Under the pieces are notes generated by a model. That model was given only the letters and a program-made list of their open reading frames with translations. It was not told the DNA's origin and made no database searches. Positions 28,017 through 37,548 of a stretch of 64,000 nucleotides of DNA are shown in pieces (within the stretch, counting starts at the first letter, position 1; each line of letters starts with the position of its first letter). The stretch spans positions 1 to 64,000 of the forward strand of contig JBIKWN010000006.1 in NCBI GenBank assembly GCA_044356295.1, given 5' to 3'. Position numbers and translations under genes: made by a program. The DNA comes from Bdellovibrionota bacterium (GTDB lineage Bacteria > Bdellovibrionota_C > UBA2361 > JBIKWN01).

Positions 28017-28733
28017 CTAATTTTTAAAGTCTAACACTTGAACCTCTCCTACTTGAAGGTCGTTCAATTGATATACTCCAAACGAAATCCTTTTAAGCTT
28101 TATAACTTCATGTCCGATTGCTTCACATAATTTCCGGATTTCACGATTCTTACCTTGTTGTAAGGTAATAAGCAGGATTGTTTCTTTCCCACTGGATTTT
28201 CGAACTACAACTTCTTTCGCTATCAGTTTGATATTCTCGAATATGATTCCTTTTGTTAGTTTTTCAAGAGATGTTTTTGATGGTTCTCCTTTAACAGTCA
28301 CAATATAGGTTCGTGGGATATTATTTTTTGGATCTAACAGATCATTTGCAAACTGATTATCATTGGTAAAAAGTAGTAACCCAGATGTTGCCATATCGAG
28401 TCGTCCAATTGCTTTTAAATGTCGATACTGTTCTGGTAATAGATCATAAACAGTACCTCTCCCTTTCTCATCTGAAGATGTGGTAACGACTCCTTTAGGT
28501 TTATGAAAAGCAATCAGTATTTTTTCATTCGTTTGAAGTTTGCTTACTTCAATGCCATCAATTGAAACTTGAGAATCAATCGAGATATACGCCAGAGGAT
28601 CTTTGACGGTTTTACCGTTGACTTTGACTTTGCCTTCTCTAATAAGAATGGATGCTTTACTGCGAGATGCAAGCCCACGCTTGGACAGTAACCTCTGGAG
28701 TTCAGTCCTTTTCTGGGTAACTTTTTTAAGCAT
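28017..28733 (-). CDS. RsuA/RluB-family pseudouridine synthase
   Basis: S4 domain, HKPKG, GRLD..TSGLLL.TND, GKNREIR. Confidence 0.92.
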   Translation of the reverse strand: MLKKVTQKRTELQRLLSKRGLASRSKASILIREGKVKVNGKTVKDPLAYISIDSQVSIDGIEVSKLQTNEKILIAFHKPKGVVTTSSDEKGRGTVYDLLPEQYRHLKAIGRLDMATSGLLLFTNDNQFANDLLDPKNNIPRTYIVTVKGEPSKTSLEKLTKGIIFENIKLIAKEVVVRKSSGKETILLITLQQGKNREIRKLCEAIGHEVIKLKRISFGVYQLNDLQVGEVQVLDFKN

Positions 28734-28858
28734 AGAAATGCATTATATAAGCTAATTGCGCTCAATTGTTAGTATCGGTTTTAATTTTCCAGCAATTGGA
28801 GGGTAGCTTGACTATCGTGCGGTCGAGTAGCTCAAAAAGAGGTTCTCATATCGACAGA

Positions 28859-29143
28859 TTAGTTCATTGAAATATTAATTGGCTTGAGCGTTAAGCCTAA
28901 ACGCTCATTGAGTTTCTCACGAAGGCGATTCTCGATTTCAGAAGAAATAGAAACATCACAACGTAGTGTGCGTGCTAGTCGTATCGTTAAAAGATATGTA
29001 CGTTTTGATTCCGCACACTCTTCACAACTACATTCATGTGCTTCCATCATCGCTTTCATAGTCTTAGGAAGTTCACCGTCAGCATAATCGCAAAGCTGAG
29101 CTTCAAACTCATCACATGAAATCTGCCCTTTCTCAAGAATCAT
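28859..29143 (-). CDS. zf-HC2 (anti-sigma-like zinc finger) small protein
   Basis: C..F...L.DY.DGEL...E.H...C..C; start uncertain. Confidence 0.65.
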   Translation of the reverse strand: MILEKGQISCDEFEAQLCDYADGELPKTMKAMMEAHECSCEECAESKRTYLLTIRLARTLRCDVSISSEIENRLREKLNERLGLTLKPINISMN

Positions 29144-29374
29144 CACCTGCTCTTCTGTGTAAATCGTCACGTCGTCCCCTGTTTTGTTTACCTTGTCTTT
29201 CACCCCAGAAACGTCGGAAGAATCGTCCGTTTCATTTAGCTTACAGGTTTGATTCTTTTTGATACAAAAACGGTGCAACTTTTTTACAATTTTGTTACGT
29301 ATTCTATAACATATTGATATTACTAGCTTAAATACAAGAAACTTCCGCCCTTTTCTCTTCGACTAGTAGGTATA

Positions 29375-29509
29375 CCAATGTCATTAAGTTAAGAACTTAA
29401 GTACCGTGACCTTGAGCGTGAGCCTGAGCGTGACCCAAATGATTTAAGGTCACGCTCACGCCTACGGTCATGGTCACGGGGTAGAAATGCCTTAACTTAA
29501 AGACATTGA
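29375..29509. mobile_element. MITE/REP-like element, family A, copy 2 (inverted relative to copy 1)
   Basis: CCAATGTCATTAAGTTAAG...CTTAACTTAAAGACATTGA (2 mismatches); its right inner arm, reverse-complemented, matches the left inner arm of copy 1 with one mismatch. Confidence 0.75.
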
Positions 29510-29569
29510 GTAGAACTACCTGCGATTTTTCGCACAAACAACTATCAATTTATTTAGGAGAAACCCCCT

Positions 29570-29926
29570 ATGTCCAATAGCTTCACGAATCCAGCCACAA
29601 CAAACCTTGGTAATACTGTCTATTCACAACTAGCAGCTAGCGACACCCAAAACCAATTAACAGATGCTCAACGGGTCAGCGGTAACCATATTAATAAGAT
29701 CGAAACAGACCTTGCAGGAGCATCGAGCCTTGAGAATGACCCAGCAAAAGTGAGCGCTTGGGCAAAAGAGCATGGATACGGAGATGTCAAAAATCAAAAC
29801 GCACTCATTTCAATGATTCAGTCAAAGTTAGATAGATCTTCACAAGTATTTTTAACACTTCAAAAAGTAAGAGACCGCTCACACGATATGATGATGGAGA
29901 TAATCCGTGCTTTAGGAAAAGTCTAA
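29570..29926 (+). CDS. Hypothetical protein with a C-terminal helix resembling type III secretion needle/rod subunits
   Basis: AGGAGA RBS; no signal peptide; C-terminus IQSKLDRSSQVFLTLQKVRDRSHDMMMEIIRALG. Confidence 0.55.
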   Translation: MSNSFTNPATTNLGNTVYSQLAASDTQNQLTDAQRVSGNHINKIETDLAGASSLENDPAKVSAWAKEHGYGDVKNQNALISMIQSKLDRSSQVFLTLQKVRDRSHDMMMEIIRALGKV

Positions 29927-29975
29927 CCATTCACAACAAAAAACTATTATCTTTTAATTATTAATAAGGATTTTT

Positions 29976-30992
29976 ATGTCACTACAAACTTCATCAACAT
30001 CACCATCAACTAATGTAACAACGACGACAAACAATCAAACACAAAGCACACCTCCTGCCGTTCAAACAGGTTCTCTTGTTGCAGTACTTTCTAAGTTATC
30101 AGGTAAAAAAGTTACCGCTGATCAACTAACAAACATGAAATTTTCAGAAGAAATTCTGTATGCATCATCTGTGCATAGCGAGCTGTCTAAAACATCAAAA
30201 CCACTTCTGCAAACATTCATGAGTGAGCTCAAAGAACGATATGACCGCAGAATCAAACGAAACGATACACAACCTATCGCTAAAGCAATCAACGATATTC
30301 TAGATAATGGAGTAAAGGGTAAAAAAATAACCCAAAAACAGTACGAAACAATTCTTGCGAAAGCGCTCGGCAATTCTCAAGTTGATAAAAATAAAGCTGC
30401 GGTAGGAAATCAAATAAGAACTGGTGGTATGGATAAAGCTACAAGTCTAACCAAAAATAATACAGCAGCCACAAAAAAAGCTGTGGATGCATTTGAAAAA
30501 TCTGTTTCCACACTTAAGTTTCAGGCCCCTGCAACAACACGAACTCAAGTTGCTAATATGCAAAAGATATTTGACTCTCTTAAGAAAGCGACTCCTAAAA
30601 CTCCAAAACCTGAAACATCGACAAAACCTTCAAACAGTGACGAAACTGGCACTGTCAAAACAAACACTCCGGATCCAACAAAAGATTCAAGTCCAAATCA
30701 TTTTGATTTTAGGATTAAATCTGATGTTGATGGAAAACTCTTGGTTCGTTTACCGATTACTTTTAGACAAGACATAGAGTCAGTATCCTTAGTAGACAGC
30801 AATGGCAAAGTCCTCGAAGAACAACCGCTCAAACAAAAAGGTGAAGACAATCGTTACTATTTTAGATTTACTAAAGCAGGCGATAAATACGCAGATAGCC
30901 TAGAGGTAAGAATTAATTATCAAAATGGCACACAGATGCCAATCTCAATTAAAGATGCACGAAGCAATTACAGCCAAGAATATCAGGGATGA
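29976..30992 (+). CDS. Hypothetical protein with Ser/Thr-rich N-terminus and beta-rich C-terminal domain
   Basis: AAGGA RBS; 338 aa ORF; no Sec signal. Confidence 0.6.
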   Translation: MSLQTSSTSPSTNVTTTTNNQTQSTPPAVQTGSLVAVLSKLSGKKVTADQLTNMKFSEEILYASSVHSELSKTSKPLLQTFMSELKERYDRRIKRNDTQPIAKAINDILDNGVKGKKITQKQYETILAKALGNSQVDKNKAAVGNQIRTGGMDKATSLTKNNTAATKKAVDAFEKSVSTLKFQAPATTRTQVANMQKIFDSLKKATPKTPKPETSTKPSNSDETGTVKTNTPDPTKDSSPNHFDFRIKSDVDGKLLVRLPITFRQDIESVSLVDSNGKVLEEQPLKQKGEDNRYYFRFTKAGDKYADSLEVRINYQNGTQMPISIKDARSNYSQEYQG

Positions 30993-31393
30993 TGTGAAGC
31001 TACTTTTTCGTTTTCACTAACAACAGCGCTCACTACTTTTTCAATCTGCTGCGCGAGTGATAACGTTTTTGTCGTGGTTTCAACGAGTGGAGCCACGACT
31101 CTTTCTGCGATAAGTTTATCTGGAAGCATCATTGCTCTTCTAGGCTTTACCAATGGTTCTCTCCATATATTAAGAAGATACTGGTCAATCTTCTGCTTAT
31201 TGATCCACTATTGTTTTTAGTGCTGGTTGATAATCAAAAAACCCTGTTTCAAACTTACTTAATTGCACAATCTGACTAGCAAAAAACCTCTGTTATTCTG
31301 ACAAGATCTGGCTTAGTCTGAGCTTCGTAGTATCTTAAAGTTATAGCGAGTCACGCTTTAATGTTAAGAGATTTAATTTATCGGAGATTATTC

Positions 31394-31681
31394 ATGCTCA
31401 ACATCAAAACTGTTGTTCTTTTCGCTTCCCTTGCAACTTTAACTGCTTGTTCAGGAATTAGAACAAGTGGCAATTCATTTACTACTCATGCAGAATCATT
31501 TCGTATTCTAGGAATTCAAATTCCTGAAAACGATCAAGCAAAAGCATTGTCAATGGTTCCTGCAGGAGCAAAAATTGACACTCAAACTACAACACCAACT
31601 GATTGGACATCACTTGTAGGAGCGCTGAGCAATATTCTTTGGTTCGGTGGGACTCAAATTAGTGGTACTACAAGCAAGTAA
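31394..31681 (+). CDS. Small lipoprotein
   Basis: Lipobox LTAC after a hydrophobic stretch; GGAG RBS before ATG 31394. Confidence 0.7.
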   Translation: MLNIKTVVLFASLATLTACSGIRTSGNSFTTHAESFRILGIQIPENDQAKALSMVPAGAKIDTQTTTPTDWTSLVGALSNILWFGGTQISGTTSK

Positions 31682-31718
31682 TACCCCTAAAAAATATAGC
31701 TCATAAAATGAGTTATGC

Positions 31719-31752
31719 ATGGCGGATTGAGAAATCAATCCGCCATTTTTTT
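31719..31752 (+). terminator. Rho-independent terminator
   Basis: ATGGCGGATTGA-gaaa-TCAATCCGCCAT plus T run, between convergent genes. Confidence 0.75.
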
Positions 31753-31788
31753 ATTACTTTGAAAAAATGTATAAATTGATACAGATTA

Positions 31789-32478
31789 CTATGCGACGAA
31801 CTTATACCCAACACCGTGAACGGTGAGAATATGTTTCGGATCCTCGCTATTGCTCTCAACTTTTTGACGAAGTCGTGCAATATGATTATCAACAGTTCGA
31901 GTAGATGGGTATGAATTATAGCCCCATACTTCATCAAGCAACTCATCCCGAGTTACAACTGAACCATTTTTAGCAACAAGATATTTTAGTAATCGATACT
32001 CACGAGCAGATAGTTCAAGAGGTGTCTGATCCCTTTCAGCTTTATACGCTTTGAAATCTACAATCACATTTGAAAAAGTAACTTTTTCAACTTCTTTAGT
32101 TGAGAGTCCTCTTCGAAGCAGCGCCTTTGCACGAGCAACAAGCTCCATCATCCCAAACGGTTTTGCTAAATAATCATCTGCTCCAAGGTCGAGTCCAAGA
32201 ACTTTATCTACTTCAGCAGAGCGAGCAGTTAAAAGAATTAACGGAGTTGAGATTCCAGAATTACGGATCTCTTTACATGCTTGAAGCCCATCCTTCACGG
32301 GCATCATGACGTCCATAATAATGAGGTCTGGTTTTTCGTCTTCGATAAGTTTTATACCCGCCTCACCGTCACCGGCTTCCACAACGGCAAATCCAGTATG
32401 TTCAAGATTGAGAGCAAGAGCCCGTCGAACGCTCTCATCGTCATCGATAATTGCTACTTTAAATCCGGCTATATTCAT
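31789..32478 (-). CDS. OmpR/PhoB-family response regulator
   Basis: Receiver (IIDD, MDVMMP, GADDY.AKPF) plus winged helix (RTVDNHIARLR, TVHGVGYKF). Confidence 0.93.
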   Translation of the reverse strand: MNIAGFKVAIIDDDESVRRALALNLEHTGFAVVEAGDGEAGIKLIEDEKPDLIIMDVMMPVKDGLQACKEIRNSGISTPLILLTARSAEVDKVLGLDLGADDYLAKPFGMMELVARAKALLRRGLSTKEVEKVTFSNVIVDFKAYKAERDQTPLELSAREYRLLKYLVAKNGSVVTRDELLDEVWGYNSYPSTRTVDNHIARLRQKVESNSEDPKHILTVHGVGYKFVA

Positions 32479-32571
32479 ATTGATGACTGATGCTCCAAAG
32501 AAAAACCTACAATATCTTTAAGAGTAACAGATACATAGCTCTTTTGCATCTAAAAAATGCCTGCCAAGCTA

Positions 32572-32600
32572 TTGATTTCGCTAGTAGTTATCCGTATTCT
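32572..32600 (+). promoter_or_regulatory. Sigma70-like promoter of rplU-rpmA
   Basis: TTGATT-N17-TATTCT. Confidence 0.45.
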
Positions 32601-32651
32601 TACCCCTCTAATTTTTATAATCCGACAATTTTAGTAGTTCGGGACATTCTT

Positions 32652-32972
32652 ATGAACAAGAAATACGCTGTTATTCGCGCTCAAGGTAAACAAATGACTG
32701 TGAGCGAAGGTGAGACTTTTGATATCGATATGATCGAAGGAGAAGCTGGAACATCTGTAACTTTTGATGAAGTTTTGATGGTTTCAGATGAGGGAGCTTC
32801 TAAAGTTGGAACCCCTACTCTTTCTTCTGCTAAGGTTACTGCTAAAATCGTTAAGCAGTTCCGTGGTAAGAAACTTATCGCTTATCGAAAAAACATTACT
32901 CATGGTTTCACCAAAAAAATTGGTCACCGTCAGTATCGCACTCAACTTGTTGTTGAAAGCATCGCAGCATAA
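32652..32972 (+). CDS. rplU: 50S ribosomal protein L21
   Basis: YAVI...GKQ..V.EG and GHRQ; true start is ATG 32652 rather than 32490. Confidence 0.95.
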   Translation: MNKKYAVIRAQGKQMTVSEGETFDIDMIEGEAGTSVTFDEVLMVSDEGASKVGTPTLSSAKVTAKIVKQFRGKKLIAYRKNITHGFTKKIGHRQYRTQLVVESIAA

Positions 32973-32998
32973 TTTATTTTTTAAAGAGAGATTAAGTC

Positions 32999-33262
32999 AT
33001 GGCAACCAAAAAAGCCGGTGGTAGTACCAAAAACGGACGAGACAGTGCAGGTCGTAGACTTGGTGTTAAACGTTTCGGTGGTGAAGTAGTTCGTGCGGGG
33101 AACATTCTTGTTCGTCAACGTGGAACCACATATCACGCTGGAAAAAATGTTGGCATGGGTAGAGACCATACTCTTTTCGCTCTTATTGATGGTGTTGTTT
33201 CTTTCCGAAAAGGACTTAGACAATCTATCAGTGTACAACCTGCCGATGCAGTAGCTGCGTAA
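32999..33262 (+). CDS. rpmA: 50S ribosomal protein L27
   Basis: [30 protein letters not shown]. Confidence 0.98.
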   Translation: MATKKAGGSTKNGRDSAGRRLGVKRFGGEVVRAGNILVRQRGTTYHAGKNVGMGRDHTLFALIDGVVSFRKGLRQSISVQPADAVAA

Positions 33263-33306
33263 GCTTTTAAGCAGTTTTTTACTGTTTAAAACGGTTAGCT
33301 TAATTG

Positions 33307-33336
33307 TAGGGAGCTTTTAATGCTCCCTATTTTTTT
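33307..33336 (+). terminator. Rho-independent terminator/attenuator between rpmA and obgE
   Basis: TAGGGAGC-N7-GCTCCCTA plus T7. Confidence 0.65.
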
Positions 33337-33348
33337 AGGAATTTTTTT

Positions 33349-34362
33349 GTGAAATTTGTTGATACCGCACAGATAGAGTGTCGCGCTGGTAAAGGCGGTG
33401 CAGGATCACGCCATTTTCGCAGAGAAGCCATGGTTCAATACGGCGGTCCTGATGGTGGAAACGGCGGCAAAGGCGGATCTGTTATTCTGATTGCAGATAA
33501 AAACAAACACACACTTTTAGATTTTTCTTTTCAACCAAAATGGAAAGCCCAAGATGGTGGCGGCGGTGAAGGCGGCAGACGCTCTGGGAAAAACGGCGAA
33601 GATTTAAAGATACTCATCCCTGTTGGTACAGAGATTTTCAATTCTGAAACACAAGAGCTTGTATGCGACCTTGTCGAGGATGGACAAGAATTTATCCTTT
33701 GCAAGGGTGGTCGCGGCGGAAAAGGGAATGACTTTTTTAAGTCTGCTACGAATCGTGCCCCTGAACATGCACAACCTGGCGAAGAGGGCGAATTCGGAAC
33801 TTACACGCTGTCTCTAAAATTAATGGCCGATGTTGGGCTTGTTGGATTTCCTAATGCTGGTAAATCTACCCTTATAAGTCGGATATCTGCTGCTCGTCCT
33901 AAGATTGCTGACTACCCGTTTACTACCCTCACCCCAAATCTTGGAGTTGTTCAAGGGAAGGGTGGCTTCTCTTTCGTTGTAGCTGATATTCCAGGACTTA
34001 TTCCTGGCGCCTCAGAAGGCAAAGGTTTGGGGATTCACTTCCTAAAACACATAGAACGAACTCGAGTCATTACGCATCTAATAGATATAGAGGGTCTCAA
34101 TGAATTGGGTGAGCCAATTAATGTTGTGGACTCCTATGATAGTATTCGGACTGAGCTTCAAAATTTTTCTGAGGAACTTGCGAATCGACCAACTATAGTT
34201 GTTTTTTCGAAGGCCGACATTTCGCAAGACAAAGAAAAAATCCAAGAAGCCCAGAGAGCTTTTGAGGAAAGAGGGATAAAAACCCTTGTTATTTCAAGTG
34301 CTTCCGGTGAAGGTATTCAAGAACTAATAGATACCCTTACCAAGCTGCTTCAAGTAACTTAA
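33349..34362 (+). CDS. obgE: GTPase ObgE/CgtA
   Basis: Gly-rich Obg domain, GFPNAGKST, YPFTTL.P, DIPG. Confidence 0.97.
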   Translation: MKFVDTAQIECRAGKGGAGSRHFRREAMVQYGGPDGGNGGKGGSVILIADKNKHTLLDFSFQPKWKAQDGGGGEGGRRSGKNGEDLKILIPVGTEIFNSETQELVCDLVEDGQEFILCKGGRGGKGNDFFKSATNRAPEHAQPGEEGEFGTYTLSLKLMADVGLVGFPNAGKSTLISRISAARPKIADYPFTTLTPNLGVVQGKGGFSFVVADIPGLIPGASEGKGLGIHFLKHIERTRVITHLIDIEGLNELGEPINVVDSYDSIRTELQNFSEELANRPTIVVFSKADISQDKEKIQEAQRAFEERGIKTLVISSASGEGIQELIDTLTKLLQVT

Positions 34363-34605
34363 ATATTGTGTCTGGCGAGCTTTATTCCGATATACTATTT
34401 ATATAAGGGAGTGATGTTGTAACAGACACTACTCTTGGTTTTTGGAGATACATACTACGTTTACTAATTTGGTTCGCAGTAAAAAATTTCAAAGCACACA
34501 CTGTAAAACAGTCAAATCTTCTTTGTGCTTCATTTCTCAATCTAAAAATTTTCCTTTCTTAAGCAGTACAAACCTTACTTTTATTAACGGAGGACTTACC
34601 ACTTC

Positions 34606-35019
34606 ATGACCTTACACATACAAAAAGAAATTCGCCCCGAGGTTGAACCATTTGACCTCGCATTGAAGATCTTAGAAGCATGCAGCGATGCAAAAGCTAG
34701 AGATTTAACACTTCTCGATGTCTCTGGAGTCTTCGACCTCGCTTCTTTCTTTGTTATTGTGTCAGGACGCTCTGATAGGCAAGTTCAAGGTATTTCAAAC
34801 AGAATCGCTGCTACGATTCAAGAGGAATGTAAAGTTTCAACGATATCATGTGATGGATATGATCAAGGTCATTGGGTTCTGATGGATTATGGTGATGTAG
34901 TGGTCCATATATTCTATGAACCGATGCGAGACCATTATAACCTTGAACGGTTATGGAAAGATGCCGCCCGAGTGCCCCTTCCTGAGGGTATTCAGGAAGC
35001 ACGACGTGATGCTGCCTAA
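34606..35019 (+). CDS. rsfS: Ribosome silencing factor
   Basis: FVIVSG.S.RQV, WVLMDYGDVVVHIF...R..Y.LE.LW. Confidence 0.92.
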   Translation: MTLHIQKEIRPEVEPFDLALKILEACSDAKARDLTLLDVSGVFDLASFFVIVSGRSDRQVQGISNRIAATIQEECKVSTISCDGYDQGHWVLMDYGDVVVHIFYEPMRDHYNLERLWKDAARVPLPEGIQEARRDAA

Positions 35020-35098
35020 TATTAAATTTTTTCTTTAAGTTTGAAGCTTTCAGGTGCATTTTAATTGCGCGGTTTTTTACTGCATATATACTTGATGC

Positions 35099-36316
35099 AT
35101 GCCTCTTCGCATCCTAAAAATAACAATTCTTTTCATTGTATCTGCTTTAATTCTAGCTTTTGCAAATACTAATAGTACACCTGCGTCTATTTCGATTGGG
35201 GCTGGTAATACACTTTCTGCCTCTGTAGGAATTTTGGTGTTAAGTGCTTTTGCTTTTGGAGTTTTATTGGCACTGATTGGTGCCTCACTTTATGCAGCAA
35301 GAAGTTATTTTAGAGAGCGTTCAATGAAGAGTACGCTCGCTAAAAAAGAGCTACTTCAAAAAGAGCTGATACAAGCCCAGCAATTACAACGTTCTACAAG
35401 CTCACTTCATGTTCAAAAAAAATATCGCCAGCTTATTCAAAAAAACTCTGACTCATTACTCCTTCGAATCGAATTTATCCGTGCATTGATTGCTGCTAAT
35501 GACTTCTCATTAGCACTCAATGAAATTACTGCTGCTAAAAAAATTGAAGAAGCTGAAGAGCTGTTTTTTCTTGCTGCATGTTGTTATGAAAAACTAGGCA
35601 ATAAGGTAGCAGAACTTGAGTCCTTGGTGATGTCTCTTTCACACTTTCCTCAATCGATTGCTACTCTCGAAAAAGCATCGCTATTAAGTTTTGAACTTGG
35701 AAGGTTTGATGATTGTCTTGTTTACCTTGATTCTTTAGCTGATCTTCAAAAGCCTTCAATACAACACCAAAGATTATCGATAGATGCCCAAGCATCAATA
35801 ATTATTCGTGATACTACTGATGAAACATCTCGCGCTGAGAAACTATTAACACTCGTCATGCGACATGATAATTCAGCAGTTGCTTTAAAAGAGCTTGCTC
35901 GAATCAAACAGAAAGAGGGGCAATTTGATGAAAGCGCACAATGTTTGGTTCGTCTATTTCGGATAACTCACGAAATAGCACATATGAAAAATGCCATTTC
36001 ACTTTGGTTGAAAAATGGAAAAAGCCAAGAAGCACTATCGGCTCTTCATACGTGGCAACGAATGAGTGAAGTTTCACAGAAATCCTTAGTGAGTATTGAA
36101 ATTGCAAAAGCACATATGCTGCTTGGTCAAGACCATGAAGCTTTTGATGTCCTAGATGATCTTGATAAAAGTGGTTCTCTTCCTGAATTACAGAAAAAAG
36201 AAGTTGCCATTTTGCGTGCTCTTTTAGCACTCAGGAGGCGTGATTCTACTGGGACGGCCCTGGCTATTACAGAGATTGAAAAGATTAGTTTACGTGCTGG
36301 GAATGAGAAATTCTAA
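35099..36316 (+). CDS. Membrane-anchored TPR-like protein (LapA/LapB- or HemY-like architecture)
   Basis: Two N-terminal TM segments followed by helical repeats. Confidence 0.55.
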   Translation: MPLRILKITILFIVSALILAFANTNSTPASISIGAGNTLSASVGILVLSAFAFGVLLALIGASLYAARSYFRERSMKSTLAKKELLQKELIQAQQLQRSTSSLHVQKKYRQLIQKNSDSLLLRIEFIRALIAANDFSLALNEITAAKKIEEAEELFFLAACCYEKLGNKVAELESLVMSLSHFPQSIATLEKASLLSFELGRFDDCLVYLDSLADLQKPSIQHQRLSIDAQASIIIRDTTDETSRAEKLLTLVMRHDNSAVALKELARIKQKEGQFDESAQCLVRLFRITHEIAHMKNAISLWLKNGKSQEALSALHTWQRMSEVSQKSLVSIEIAKAHMLLGQDHEAFDVLDDLDKSGSLPELQKKEVAILRALLALRRRDSTGTALAITEIEKISLRAGNEKF

Positions 36317-36332
36317 AGCTTTAAAAATGCTA

Positions 36333-36674
36333 CTAAATCTTTTTTATAAACTCAGATTTTAATTTCATTGGTCCAATCCCATCGATTTTGCAGTCGATAT
36401 CGTGATCTTCATCGATAAGTCTGATGTTTCGAACTTTCGTTCCTACTTTTACGACCGACGAAGAACCTTTGATTTTTAAATCTTTTATAACGGTGACAGT
36501 GTCTCCATCTTGTAGCAGATTGCCATTAGCATCTTTATAGGTTTTTACTTGATCCTCGTGGGGTTTAGTTTCGACTTCTACCCATTCATGTGCACACTCT
36601 GGGCATACAAACATTAACCCATCAAGGTAGGTATATTCTGAATTACATTTTGGGCAGTGTGGGAGCGTGGTCAT
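36333..36674 (-). CDS. yjdM: YjdM/PhnA zinc-ribbon protein
   Basis: CPKC.SEYTY...[29 protein letters not shown]. Confidence 0.92.
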   Translation of the reverse strand: MTTLPHCPKCNSEYTYLDGLMFVCPECAHEWVEVETKPHEDQVKTYKDANGNLLQDGDTVTVIKDLKIKGSSSVVKVGTKVRNIRLIDEDHDIDCKIDGIGPMKLKSEFIKKI

Positions 36675-37538
36675 TTACTTACTCTTATCATCAAAGAATT
36701 TTTTTTCACTGTCATCGACCCACTTCAAAATAATCGGCTTATACTGTTCACTAATATCGGGAAAATCGTTGTGATCAATGTTTTGTAATTCTTTAAAGTG
36801 TTTTGGTTCAGATGCGGTTTGAAATACTTTTTCCCCTTCAGTAAATGGGATGATTGTATCCTTCCTAGAATGCATCAAGAGAAGCGGAGTCCTATTCAAA
36901 CGATGCTGAACAAAATAGCCTGTTGGAAACTGATCAAACATGAGTGATGGGAATACTGGAGCCCATGGATACTTATATCCTGCCATAGAAGGGATAGAGT
37001 AGAATGGCGCTTCCAAAATTAAACCATTCAATGGTCGTTGCAATGAAAGCCCAGCGCAAACTGAAGCCCCTAAAGAATGACCCCAAGCATAAATTTTTTG
37101 ATTAGGGCGTTTCTGTTTTAATAGATCATAGGCTGCAACTGCATCGCCTATTACATTGAGTTCAGCAAGCTCACCTTGATCGCTACTGCCGTAGCTTCTA
37201 TAAGTAAAAAAAAGTGTTTCAAACCCATAATTGTTAAAGATTTTTGTAACATTTGCTAAGCTAGATAAACTGCCGGCATTTCCATGGCAGTAAACCAATG
37301 AACGCTTTTCTTGTGTGGTTTGGTAGTCTGTTTTAGGAATAAACCATCCATGAAGGCTAACCTTATCAAATGAAGGAAAAGATAAGTCTTCATAAGTTAA
37401 AGAAAAATCTTTGGGTGTTAGAGTACCCTCTCCTACGGGACGAAAAATCAATGATTTTTGTCCTGCATAGATATATACGACTAAGGCAAAATAGATCGAT
37501 AATACAGAAACTAATATTCGTTTTAACCAACGTAGCAC
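36675..37538 (-). CDS. Alpha/beta hydrolase (Bem46/ABHD-like)
   Basis: HGNAG, GHSLG nucleophile motif, D..IP, HND; GTG 37538 has an AGGGA RBS. Confidence 0.85.
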   Translation of the reverse strand: MLRWLKRILVSVLSIYFALVVYIYAGQKSLIFRPVGEGTLTPKDFSLTYEDLSFPSFDKVSLHGWFIPKTDYQTTQEKRSLVYCHGNAGSLSSLANVTKIFNNYGFETLFFTYRSYGSSDQGELAELNVIGDAVAAYDLLKQKRPNQKIYAWGHSLGASVCAGLSLQRPLNGLILEAPFYSIPSMAGYKYPWAPVFPSLMFDQFPTGYFVQHRLNRTPLLLMHSRKDTIIPFTEGEKVFQTASEPKHFKELQNIDHNDFPDISEQYKPIILKWVDDSEKKFFDDKSK

Positions 37539-37548
37539 AGATATCCCT

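Noticed and set aside
30984..31135. About 49-aa minus-strand ORF (MMLPDKLIAERVV...)
   Set aside because: Short, with no clear RBS or recognisable homology; coordinates are approximate and it cannot be supported.
32490..32651. N-terminal extension of L21 in the ORF track
   Set aside because: The region holds a sigma70-like promoter, and L21 homology starts at ATG 32652.
34363..34605. Possible ncRNA or riboswitch between obgE and rsfS
   Set aside because: Only weak hairpins and no family motif recognisable by eye; an Rfam search would be needed.
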